Source: Candidatus Nitrosopumilus koreensis AR1 | GTDB lineage: Archaea > Thermoproteota > Nitrososphaeria > Nitrososphaerales > Nitrosopumilaceae | Length of the DNA stretch: 32,000 nucleotides | Assembly (NCBI RefSeq): GCF_000299365.1 | Contig: NC_018655.1 | Span: 1,607,965 to 1,639,964 of the forward strand | Direction: 5' to 3' | Position numbers and translations under genes: made by a program | Notes under the pieces: generated by a model | Databases searched by the model: none | Seen by the model: only the letters and a program-made list of their open reading frames with translations | What the model was told of the DNA's origin: nothing | Shown here: one piece after another, positions 9,393-17,500 of the stretch | How the letters are laid out: each line of letters begins with the position of its first letter | Numbering within the stretch: position 1 is the stretch's first letter

Positions 9393-10199
9393 TTTTTTAA
9401 ATTCATCAACTATTGTTTGATGAATAATTCCATTTGTAACTAGAATTCCATTTTGATGATACACTTCCTTATTGTTGTATGAAATATCGTTTCCCAGCAT
9501 ATCTGTCATTTTGCCCCCTGCTTCAGAAATTATACAATATGATGCAGCTGTATCCCATTCTTTCATTTTATTTGTAGTTGTAATGTATGCATCAGCCTCA
9601 CCTGATGCAATTTTTCCAACCTTTAATGAACTACCTATACTTGTAAAGTCTTCAATTCCTAATTTTTTGATAAATGCTTTTTCTTTGTCTGACAGGTGAT
9701 GCCTGGAGCCCACAGTTCTACACTTTGGAAGTTCTGATGTTGTAGTAACTGAGATCTTTTCCCATTCTTCATTATGATATCTAAATGCGCCCCTCTTCTT
9801 TTGTGCAACAAACAATGTTTTTTCAGTAGGCCAACCTATTACTCCTAGAATTGGTTTTTTGTTTTTTACAAGTGCAATCATTACAGTAAATTCACCTGTT
9901 TTATCAATAAAATCTGAAGTGCCGTCTAAAGGATCAACTATCCAAATTATCTCTTCAGATAATCTACTTTGATCATCATTATCTTCCTCAGATAAGATTT
10001 TGTACTCTGTTTTAGAAAGAATTTTTTTAATGATCTCGTTACTTTTTAGATCTGCCTCTGTAATTGGCGAATCATCTTTTTTGGTAAATTCTTCGAACTC
10101 ACCTTTGTATATCTCCAAAATTGTATTTCCTGCTACTTGTGCTGCCTCAATTGCAATATCTAATTCAGGAATTTTTTCTGTAATTGGTATGCCTTTCAA
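9384..10199 (-). CDS. cysQ: Inositol-monophosphatase superfamily phosphatase, CysQ-like 3'(2'),5'-bisphosphate nucleotidase
   Basis: SEEDND...IIWIVDPLDGTSDFID (metal-binding DPLDGT) and KMKEWDTAASYCIISEAGG (WDTAA) motifs. Confidence 0.82.
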   Translation of the reverse strand: MKGIPITEKIPELDIAIEAAQVAGNTILEIYKGEFEEFTKKDDSPITEADLKSNEIIKKILSKTEYKILSEEDNDDQSRLSEEIIWIVDPLDGTSDFIDKTGEFTVMIALVKNKKPILGVIGWPTEKTLFVAQKKRGAFRYHNEEWEKISVTTTSELPKCRTVGSRHHLSDKEKAFIKKLGIEDFTSIGSSLKVGKIASGEADAYITTTNKMKEWDTAASYCIISEAGGKMTDMLGNDISYNNKEVYHQNGILVTNGIIHQTIVDEFKKLE

Positions 10200-10208
10200 A
10201 ATACATTC

Positions 10209-10418
10209 CTATGTTGTAAGTTCTGGCTTTAGTGTCCATACCACCCCAAGCGCGATAAATGGAATGGAAATAATACCAATAATTCCCAGAATTGTGAAAA
10301 ACTGAGATTCTGAAACTTCTGGATTGTTTACTATCCATGGAAGTGGCAAAGATACAATTATCCAAATAACTCCTAATAATACGATCAACTTTGCTTTAGC
10401 TTTTCTACTTTTCATCAT
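10209..10418 (-). CDS. Small two-TM membrane protein
   Basis: 69 aa with two hydrophobic helices; 9 nt upstream of the CysQ-like gene on the same strand. Confidence 0.6.
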   Translation of the reverse strand: MMKSRKAKAKLIVLLGVIWIIVSLPLPWIVNNPEVSESQFFTILGIIGIISIPFIALGVVWTLKPELTT

Positions 10419-10455
10419 GATTCATCTCTTTAGGTTGTATTAAATTCATGTGAAT

Positions 10456-11208
10456 TTATTTTGTTGATTCTCCTCCATCTACTGCAAGAATAGCTCCAGT
10501 GATCCATAATGCGTCATCTGACGCAAAATAGAGTACAGCCTTTGCTACTTCTTCTGGTTTTCCTATTCTACCTAATGGATGTTCTGCATTCATGAAATCC
10601 CTATCTTTTTGAGTTTTTACAAATGGTTTTGTCATGTCTGTGTCTACTACTCCTGGACAAATACAATTCACCCTGATTTTGTTTTTTGAATATTCAAGAG
10701 CCCAACACTTTGTAAGTATGATTAATGCTGCCTTTGTTGCTGAATATGCATCAGCGTTAAATCCTTGATATGCCTTCAATCCTGCATCTGATGAAATATT
10801 AATTATTGATCCTGATGTTTTTTGTAAATGTGGGATTGCCTCTTTTGTAACCCTGTATTGTCCTGTAAGATTTACATCTAAAACTTCATTCCATTCATCT
10901 TCTTCAATTTCATGCAGTTGTTTTATCCTTGGAAAAACCCCTGCATTATTTACAAGAATATCCAACCTTCCAAATTTTTCAACAATTTTTTGTACTGCAT
11001 TTTTCACCTCATTAGAATTTCTGATGTCCGCAGTAATTGCAAATACATTAGAAATTTCAGCTAATTTTTCTAATCGCTTTTGATCTTTTCCTGTAATTGC
11101 TACTTTGGCTCCATTTTCTAGCAAAACTTTTGCAGTGGCAAATCCTATTCCTCTGCTTCCACCAGTCACTAAAGCAACTTTTCCTGATAAAGACAACAGC
11201 TTTAGCAT
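10456..11208 (-). CDS. Short-chain dehydrogenase/reductase (SDR)
   Basis: ALVTGGSRGIGFATAK (TGxxxGxG), LVNNAG, SDAYSATKAAL (YxxxK), CPGVVDTDM. Confidence 0.92.
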   Translation of the reverse strand: MLKLLSLSGKVALVTGGSRGIGFATAKVLLENGAKVAITGKDQKRLEKLAEISNVFAITADIRNSNEVKNAVQKIVEKFGRLDILVNNAGVFPRIKQLHEIEEDEWNEVLDVNLTGQYRVTKEAIPHLQKTSGSIINISSDAGLKAYQGFNADAYSATKAALIILTKCWALEYSKNKIRVNCICPGVVDTDMTKPFVKTQKDRDFMNAEHPLGRIGKPEEVAKAVLYFASDDALWITGAILAVDGGESTK

Positions 11209-11286
11209 AAAACTTCGTAATTTATAGATCGATTTTTAGTAAATAGGAATAAAATATTTCAATAATTAAAAATTTATTTGTAATTT

Positions 11287-11297
11287 TTTATATAAAC
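11287..11297 (+). promoter_or_regulatory. TATA-like archaeal promoter element
   Basis: TTTATATAAAC-like segment (11287-11297) about 20-30 nt upstream of the structured region starting near 11315. Confidence 0.45.
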
Positions 11298-11314
11298 TAT
11301 TAAATAGTTGAAGT

Positions 11315-11462
11315 TCCTATAACTATTAATGCCGAAGGATATAATTCCTATCGACTAAAATCGCGTAACCCCGCAGAACGACATAGGCAATCAAACGCAA
11401 GGTCGTTTGACAACGAGAGGGAATCTCTCATAGTTCTGCAATGAAGGGGATTACGCCTCTTT
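11315..11462 (+). ncRNA. Candidate structured non-coding RNA
   Basis: GC-rich island in AT-rich intergenic DNA with nested helices: 11363-11372 with 11446-11456 (10 bp, one bulge), 11373-11379 with 11433-11439 (7 bp), 11391-11397 with 11404-11410 (7 bp), 11415-11419 with 11425-11429 (5 bp), then a T-run. Confidence 0.6.
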
Positions 11463-11893
11463 TAATTTTGTAAAATATCTACTGATACTGACCCTATCAC
11501 ATTTCCATTTGGATTAATAGAAATTGTAATTTGTTGATTCTCTGAAATCAAAATTTCTTTTTGACCTATATACTCCCAAGTAAAATATTGTGAAATTCCA
11601 GTTTCATGTGAAGTACCTTGTAGCCTAAAATCTTCTGAAAAATCTATCTTTTCTCCACTTAATGAAATTGATAAAATTTTTGGACTGCTACCATTTGGAA
11701 CAAATCTAAATGAATATTCTCCACTATCAATTTCAAATGTTTCAGAATATACTCCCTCAATATACAAATCAGGATCTGCCAGTGTTACATGAAATATAAC
11801 ATTGCTTTTCTCACCAGAATCCTCTAGAGAGAAACTAACTAGAAAAATTCCAATAATTATAACTACGGGAATTATTATTAATTTTTTATTCAA
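11462..11893 (-). CDS. Secreted or membrane-anchored hypothetical protein
   Basis: N-terminal hydrophobic segment KKLIIIPVVIIIGIFLVSFS, beta-rich remainder. Confidence 0.68.
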   Translation of the reverse strand: MNKKLIIIPVVIIIGIFLVSFSLEDSGEKSNVIFHVTLADPDLYIEGVYSETFEIDSGEYSFRFVPNGSSPKILSISLSGEKIDFSEDFRLQGTSHETGISQYFTWEYIGQKEILISENQQITISINPNGNVIGSVSVDILQN

Positions 11894-11930
11894 TAAAACA
11901 AACTCTAAATTCCATTATAAAAACAAATTT

Positions 11931-12482
11931 CTATTTTTCTCTTATCTTTTTTGTTAGTGCTTCTAATTTTTCAAGATTTTCTAAAATCCATGGATCATTT
12001 ATCAAATCCATAATTTCTTCCATCTTGAATAGTTTTGGAGTAGTCATGCCCTCTTCAAAATCATATAGTTTGATTATTCTATTTTTTACGTTTTTAGATT
12101 CTATCTTTTTATTATGTGCAAAATTATGTGCAAAATCATTTCTAATTTCTCTAATTTTATTTAGCGTTTGCTGAATCCTTATTCTTGTTTTTTCATCAAT
12201 CTCTTTTTTAAAATCTTGATGATTTTTCATGATTCTTGATATCCAAATTATTTTTGTTCCAAAAGATGCAGTTCTATCTTCATCAAATACTGTTTTGGCC
12301 CATAAAGGAAAATCATTTTTATCTCGCAAAAATAGATCTGAAATAATCACAGTAAGAGTTGAATCTAATACTGAAACATAACTGAGAAAATTACCTCTTA
12401 TTCGATTTACCAAATTGATATATTCTTTGTCTGTAAGTTCTTGGGAATTATCTGGTAAATCAAAACCAAATACTTCATTCAT
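11931..12482 (-). CDS. Hypothetical helical protein, possible HEPN-like fold
   Basis: All-helical composition with IREIRNDFAHNFAH, resembling Rx4-6H motifs of HEPN/DUF4145-type proteins. Confidence 0.6.
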   Translation of the reverse strand: MNEVFGFDLPDNSQELTDKEYINLVNRIRGNFLSYVSVLDSTLTVIISDLFLRDKNDFPLWAKTVFDEDRTASFGTKIIWISRIMKNHQDFKKEIDEKTRIRIQQTLNKIREIRNDFAHNFAHNKKIESKNVKNRIIKLYDFEEGMTTPKLFKMEEIMDLINDPWILENLEKLEALTKKIREK

Positions 12483-12608
12483 AAGTTATGCCTAAAAAAA
12501 TACTAAATAGATTTTTGTACTGCATTTTTCATCTTTGTTAGTCAAGTTACACATACTGTGAATCATTCTTTACACATGAAATTAAGTACATTTTCCTATA
12601 GTGAAACC

Positions 12609-13256
12609 ATGGCTAATCTTAGTAAAAAGTGGACTAAACCGCCAACTCCTAGTATTGGTGAAAAACTTGGTGATGCAGTCAAGCCTAAAGGTGCTCTAAA
12701 ACCAAGAGTACAAGAAGGAGTCAAAAAATTACGATTACAGATTCAAAAATTGGACAAAATGTTGTCAGGATTACAAGAACGTGATGGACAACTATTTGCA
12801 AGAATAGTAGAGGCAACACAAAAACATGATACTCAAACAAGTAAGGTTCTAGGAAACGAACTAGCCGAAATTAGAAAAGTTATCAAAATTATGAGCAGTG
12901 CAAGAATTGCCCTTGAGCAAATCGAATTAAGATTAACAACATTTAGTGATCTTGGAGATACCGTAGTAGCAATTATGCCCACCATGGGACTGATGAAGAA
13001 TCTCAAATCGTCTCTTGGAAAAGTAATGCCAGGTGCAGAAGCTGAAATTGGCCAAATGGCTGAAATGTTAGGCGGATTTATGACTGAAAGTTTCTCAGGT
13101 GATGCAGCATTTGGTATGGATACATCCACAAATGCTGAATCTGATGCAATTCTCAAGGAGGCCGCAGCAGTGGCTGAGAGTTCAACAGGACAAATGTTCC
13201 CATCAGTTCCATCTGATGCAAGCACATCAACTGCAACAACTTCAAAATTTTACTAG
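12609..13256 (+). CDS. cdvB: CdvB/Snf7 (ESCRT-III-like) cell-division protein paralog
   Basis: ATG at 12609 gives MANLSKKWTKPP...LKPRVQEGVKKLRLQIQKLDKMLSGLQERDGQLFARIVEATQKHD...ARIALEQIELRLTTFSDLGDTVVAIMPTMGLMK, typical archaeal Snf7 domain. Confidence 0.87.
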   Translation: MANLSKKWTKPPTPSIGEKLGDAVKPKGALKPRVQEGVKKLRLQIQKLDKMLSGLQERDGQLFARIVEATQKHDTQTSKVLGNELAEIRKVIKIMSSARIALEQIELRLTTFSDLGDTVVAIMPTMGLMKNLKSSLGKVMPGAEAEIGQMAEMLGGFMTESFSGDAAFGMDTSTNAESDAILKEAAAVAESSTGQMFPSVPSDASTSTATTSKFY

Positions 13257-13281
13257 AATAAATAAACTAATTTTTAAATTA

Positions 13282-13743
13282 TTATGCTGACTCTCTAGAT
13301 TCTTTTATCTTTTTAACTCTACTACCCTCATCATCAATAATTCTATCAACACCTGATAGTTTCTCCCGTAAATTATTGATTATAGTTCCAACTTCATCAG
13401 CTTCAGATTCTACTCGTTTTCTCTTTTCAGCAAGCTCTGAAATCCCTCTATTTTCTTCCTCAATATACTCACTAACTTTTTGGAGTTTCTCTTTAAGATT
13501 TTTGATATCTACTGATTCTTCTTCAATGTCTTTTTCAAGCAAAGTTCGTTTATCTTTAAGATTCTTAATCATTAGACCAACATAATCAATTGCCTCTTCA
13601 AGCTGGGCACGTTTCCCCATTAATTCCCCAATTCCAATTTGACTTGGAGTATCAGTAAATTCTGGAGTCTCTCCTGCAGTGTTTTCTTCAGGTCTTTCTT
13701 CTACCATTTCTCCTCCCTCTTCTTTCTTGAATTTATCAAACAT
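13282..13743 (-). CDS. Coiled-coil protein
   Basis: Long heptad-like helix (ELMGKRAQLEEAIDYVG...ENRGISELAEKRKRVESEADEV); acidic N-terminus. Confidence 0.7.
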   Translation of the reverse strand: MFDKFKKEEGGEMVEERPEENTAGETPEFTDTPSQIGIGELMGKRAQLEEAIDYVGLMIKNLKDKRTLLEKDIEEESVDIKNLKEKLQKVSEYIEEENRGISELAEKRKRVESEADEVGTIINNLREKLSGVDRIIDDEGSRVKKIKESRESA

Positions 13744-13845
13744 TTTATGATTTACTTTTCAAAATGGGAATAAAAAGTTACTATGAATCCCAAAGCTGAC
13801 AAGGTGAATGATTTTTACTCAAAAAAAAAGGAAAAATGTGGTGAA

Positions 13846-14487
13846 TTATCTCACCGAAATTGAATTTCTGAACTCTTGGTTAGAATCAACTGATTTTTCA
13901 AAATTAGTATCTCCAATCTGAAGAAATTTGATATTTTGGCCCATCTCAGGATTTGTTGCAGAATTGAAGAGAACTTCAAAAACATTCTCATTTTCTGTAA
14001 ACTTTCCAGAAAATACAACTTTGTAACTGAGATCCTCATCTGAGGCAGTTCCATGCATTACTACATGGGAACCATTGGATTTTCCACTTAATTCTAGGTC
14101 AAACTCTCTTTCTTCAAGACTGAGGACTCCGTTAGTTGAAATCTCCCACAAATCTTGCCCAACCTTTATTGCTTTTCCATCAAAGAGAGTAATCCCAGCA
14201 TTATAGGCCTTGTAATTCATTATTGTCCAACCTGATATTTCAGTAGACAGCATTCTGTGCATATCTTCTTTTGAGGTATCAGATGGTAAAGCATAACGTT
14301 GGACTTCGAGCTTTCCATCAACCATTTTTTCAGTTAGAATTACTCCAAGTCCCTCTTTTTTGGAACTTTCTTTTGGCTCGTACACTCCAGCATTATCTGC
14401 AAACGAATAGGTTACAGTTATTGGAGATGCACCAAGCATCAAAAGAACAGCAATAACACCAATAGTTCTGTTTTGGGGTTTTACCAT
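13846..14487 (-). CDS. Secreted hypothetical protein
   Basis: Signal peptide (TIGVIAVLLMLGASPITVTYSFA) then beta-rich domain. Confidence 0.7.
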   Translation of the reverse strand: MVKPQNRTIGVIAVLLMLGASPITVTYSFADNAGVYEPKESSKKEGLGVILTEKMVDGKLEVQRYALPSDTSKEDMHRMLSTEISGWTIMNYKAYNAGITLFDGKAIKVGQDLWEISTNGVLSLEEREFDLELSGKSNGSHVVMHGTASDEDLSYKVVFSGKFTENENVFEVLFNSATNPEMGQNIKFLQIGDTNFEKSVDSNQEFRNSISVR

Positions 14488-14522
14488 GCAAAGTACATAC
14501 CAAAATGATAGATTAGGAACGG

Positions 14523-14538
14523 ACAGAAATCGTTCTGT
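14523..14538. promoter_or_regulatory. Candidate operator: perfect inverted repeat ACAGAA-ATCG-TTCTGT next to a TATA-like element
   Basis: 6-bp arms separated by 4 nt; on the minus strand it directly follows CTATATAAAG, 35 nt ahead of the 14487 start. Confidence 0.4.
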
Positions 14539-14803
14539 TCTTTATATAGTAAATTTCTCCAAATTTCTCTAAAATCATTCAAATTGAGATATTTTTCTTT
14601 AAATTTTCAAAAAATCTGTTTTTTGCATGAAAACTGGTATTTTTTATACAAAAAATTACGCACAAAATTTCTAGGAATTTTCTTCCCCGCCACAATTTTG
14701 CTAAAAATTCACCATTTTTTCCATTCAAAATGGCGTTCCGCTTTGCGTTCCGCTATGGTGTTTCAAAATGTTCCTCAATAACTAATTGATTGTATACTAT
14801 ACC

Positions 14804-15091
14804 ATGTCAAAACAACAATACAGGTCCGAAATGGGCATTATGGGTGATATCCTAAACGTTACTGCTGATGGTGGTCGTGAAGGAATCATTGTATCTGCAA
14901 TATCTCGCAAAGCCAACCTATCTCACTATGCAGTACTAGACAAATGTGAGAAACTGGTAGAAGCAGGTTTAGTCGAGTCTGTCAAAAATGACAGAAATAG
15001 AGTCTTTCAAATAACTGAAAAAGGACTTCAGTTTTTCCAAGAATTCAAGAGATTTCAAGGGCTCGTGGAGAGCATGAACCTAAGGTATTAG
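14804..15091 (+). CDS. Small winged-helix transcriptional regulator
   Basis: ORF 14786-15091; likely start at MSKQQYRSEMGIMGDIL; ANLSHYAVLDKCEKLVEAGLVESV...RVFQITEKGLQF matches wHTH/'transcriptional regulator' layout of thaumarchaeal paralogs. Confidence 0.82.
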   Translation: MSKQQYRSEMGIMGDILNVTADGGREGIIVSAISRKANLSHYAVLDKCEKLVEAGLVESVKNDRNRVFQITEKGLQFFQEFKRFQGLVESMNLRY

Positions 15092-15094
15092 CCA

Positions 15095-16099
15095 ATGAAC
15101 CAACAAATCGTACCAATTCATAGGACCGAGTTTCGAGAAGATGGAATGCTTTTTGTAAGGACTGATGGTATCATCGATACAATGGTTAATGCACCTCTAA
15201 TTGTTGCAGGATTGCTGGTTGTAGCACTAACGATGCCTTTGCAGACCTCATTTTCCGCCACTCGTACTCTTGATTTAATCATCAATACTGATGGTTCTAC
15301 ACATATTTCCTCCCAAATTGATGTGGATTCCTCAAACTTTGAACTGAGTCTTTTTGGCTCATCTATTGATAACTTTGTTGTACTTGGTGAGGATGACACT
15401 ACTTTATCTAGAAATATCATTGCAGACAAAGCAATGATCCAAACAGATGGTAGTTCCTCTATTATTGTAAATTATGATATTCATGATCTGATTTCTAAAG
15501 AAGGCAGAATCTGGACATTTTCGTTTGACTCTCCCGTAAACTACTCTTTACTGATGCCAGAAAATTCCGTAATTGTGGGAATGAATGTTTTGCCTGAAAA
15601 CATGGAACAACTTGATAGCCAAATCAAACTGGACATTCCATCTGGCCCTGCTAAAATTGATTATATCTTTAGTACTCCTGTAGATATACCTGCACCTACA
15701 TCTGAATCTTCATTTGATTCTGTAACTATTGGTCTGATAGTTGGCCCAATTGCAGCTGCAACAGTTGCCTCTGTAATTATAGTAAAGAAGAGACAATCAA
15801 AACCTCAACTAAAAACAGAGGTAATTCAAATTACAAAACCAACAAAAGATTCACCTAATCCAGATACAATTTTCAATCTTAGACCTGATATGAGAGAAGA
15901 CGACAAAGAGATTGTTAAATTCATCTCTCAAAATGGCGGAGAAGTATTTGAAAGTGATCTAAGGAAAAAATTTCTTCAACCAAGAACTACTATGTGGAGA
16001 GCAGTGAAAAGACTAGAAAGACTAGGTATAGTTGAAATTTATAAAAAAGATCTTTTAAACATGGTTAAATTACGAAATGATTTGGAGGAAGAAAATTGA
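15095..16099 (+). CDS. Membrane-spanning protein with extracytoplasmic domain and C-terminal cytoplasmic winged helix
   Basis: N-terminal hydrophobic segment (APLIVAGLLVVALTMPLQ), about 200 aa beta-rich region, TM (IGLIVGPIAAATVASVIIV) then KKR and DDKEIVKFISQNGGEVFESDLRKKF...TTMWRAVKRLERLGIVEI. Confidence 0.8.
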   Translation: MNQQIVPIHRTEFREDGMLFVRTDGIIDTMVNAPLIVAGLLVVALTMPLQTSFSATRTLDLIINTDGSTHISSQIDVDSSNFELSLFGSSIDNFVVLGEDDTTLSRNIIADKAMIQTDGSSSIIVNYDIHDLISKEGRIWTFSFDSPVNYSLLMPENSVIVGMNVLPENMEQLDSQIKLDIPSGPAKIDYIFSTPVDIPAPTSESSFDSVTIGLIVGPIAAATVASVIIVKKRQSKPQLKTEVIQITKPTKDSPNPDTIFNLRPDMREDDKEIVKFISQNGGEVFESDLRKKFLQPRTTMWRAVKRLERLGIVEIYKKDLLNMVKLRNDLEEEN

Positions 16100-16446
16100 A
16101 GAGTTTAGCATTACTAGCATTGTTGGTATTTGCAATAGGTGTTATCTCTACTAATGACGTATTTGCAGAACCTCTAGACATTGTTAACACATCTGTCTCA
16201 AATTATACTGGTCATTCAGCAACTGTGCATATTACTTGGAATCATGATAGTTCAGCTGAAAATTATAAAATTGGCTGTGTTAGTTGTAATCCAAATGTTG
16301 TAGACTTTACAACTGGTAATAACATGACCATCAATCATGTCACGCCATTTCCTAATGGTTCATATGCGTTACTCTATGTAATTAGTTATGATTATCAAAA
16401 CATTATCATCAATGCAAAACAACTCATAGTTAATCTCAACCAATAA
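16096..16446 (+). CDS. Secreted protein with fibronectin-III-like domain
   Basis: TTG start overlapping the TGA stop of the preceding gene; signal peptide; HSATVHITWNHDSSAENYKIGC...YALLYVISYDYQN resembles an FN3 fold. Confidence 0.6.
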   Translation: MKSLALLALLVFAIGVISTNDVFAEPLDIVNTSVSNYTGHSATVHITWNHDSSAENYKIGCVSCNPNVVDFTTGNNMTINHVTPFPNGSYALLYVISYDYQNIIINAKQLIVNLNQ

Positions 16447-16505
16447 TTTTCAAATCTACAAAAATTATCATAAACTTATTATAGATTTTCCATACAGGAT
16501 CGAGC

Positions 16506-16700
16506 ATGGCATCTAAAGCAATTACAGTTGGAGTAGGGATTCCAATGATTATAGTTGGTGCTTTGATGGCATGGTTATGGGCTCCATTGGAAGGAGATCT
16601 TCAAAATCAAGTAGAACTTGTTGGAAGTACTATTGGAATTTTAGGCATAGTGTTCTTTATCTCTGGATTGTTTTACACCAAAGAACCAGTAATGCATTAG
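16506..16700 (+). CDS. Small two-TM membrane protein
   Basis: 64 aa with two hydrophobic helices. Confidence 0.6.
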   Translation: MASKAITVGVGIPMIIVGALMAWLWAPLEGDLQNQVELVGSTIGILGIVFFISGLFYTKEPVMH

Positions 16701-16741
16701 AAACTCATTGAATAAATAATGAAAAAAATTACTATTGTTAC

Positions 16742-17455
16742 TTGAAAGTAAGATTATTTGAGATATTTACATCTGTTGAAGGCGAAGGAATTCTCTATGG
16801 AACAAAGACACTTTTTGTAAGACTTGCAGGATGTCCTTTTACCTGTTTTTATTGTGATACTAAAGAATCTCTTCCACTTGATTCTGGAACCGAATACAGT
16901 ATTGAAGAAGCAAACCAATTGATTGACTCTAATTTAAAAAACCAAACATACAAAGTAAATTTTACAGGCGGGGATCCGCTTATTCAACATCAAGCAGTTG
17001 CATTACTTGCAAAACATATACAAGACAAAAAAATTCCCACATATCTTGAATCTTCATGTTTTGATGTTGACAGATTTAATCATGTGTTACCATTTATTGA
17101 TATTGTAAAGATTGAATTCAAAACAAAAGATTCAGACTTTGTTGATTCACAGCATTATGATAAATTAATTGGTCACACCATGAAATGTCTAGAATCTTCT
17201 GTTCGTGCAAAGAAAATAACATACATCAAGGTGGTTGTCAGCTCCAAAACTAAACCTGATGATTTCAAAGAATTAGTAAATCAAATCTTTGATACTGTCT
17301 CAAAAAATGATATTGATGGATTTATTATTCAACCAACATATGGCATTGCAGAACCCTCTCTTGATCTCTTACTAAGTTTGTACGATGTTGTTTTTCCTCA
17401 TTATGTTGACGTCAAAGTTGTTCCTCAATTGCATAAATTCATTGGGGCTCCATAG
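16742..17455 (+). CDS. queE: 7-carboxy-7-deazaguanine synthase (radical SAM)
   Basis: VRLAGCPFTCFYCDTKES (CxxxCxxC-type radical SAM motif as in QueE), IFTSVEGEGILYGTKTLFVRL, FTGGDPL. Non-ATG start likely. Confidence 0.92.
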   Translation: MKVRLFEIFTSVEGEGILYGTKTLFVRLAGCPFTCFYCDTKESLPLDSGTEYSIEEANQLIDSNLKNQTYKVNFTGGDPLIQHQAVALLAKHIQDKKIPTYLESSCFDVDRFNHVLPFIDIVKIEFKTKDSDFVDSQHYDKLIGHTMKCLESSVRAKKITYIKVVVSSKTKPDDFKELVNQIFDTVSKNDIDGFIIQPTYGIAEPSLDLLLSLYDVVFPHYVDVKVVPQLHKFIGAP

Positions 17456-17500
17456 GTATCATCTGCCTAACAGTCAGATTAGGTTCAAATACTAGAAAAA

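Noticed and set aside
12833-13225. 130-aa minus-strand ORF opposite the CdvB paralog
   Set aside because: Composition is a reverse-complement shadow of the convincingly assigned Snf7-domain gene.
14584-14781. 65-aa plus-strand ORF in the long intergenic region
   Set aside because: Low-complexity Phe/Leu/Lys-rich composition typical of AT-rich non-coding DNA, and no domain.
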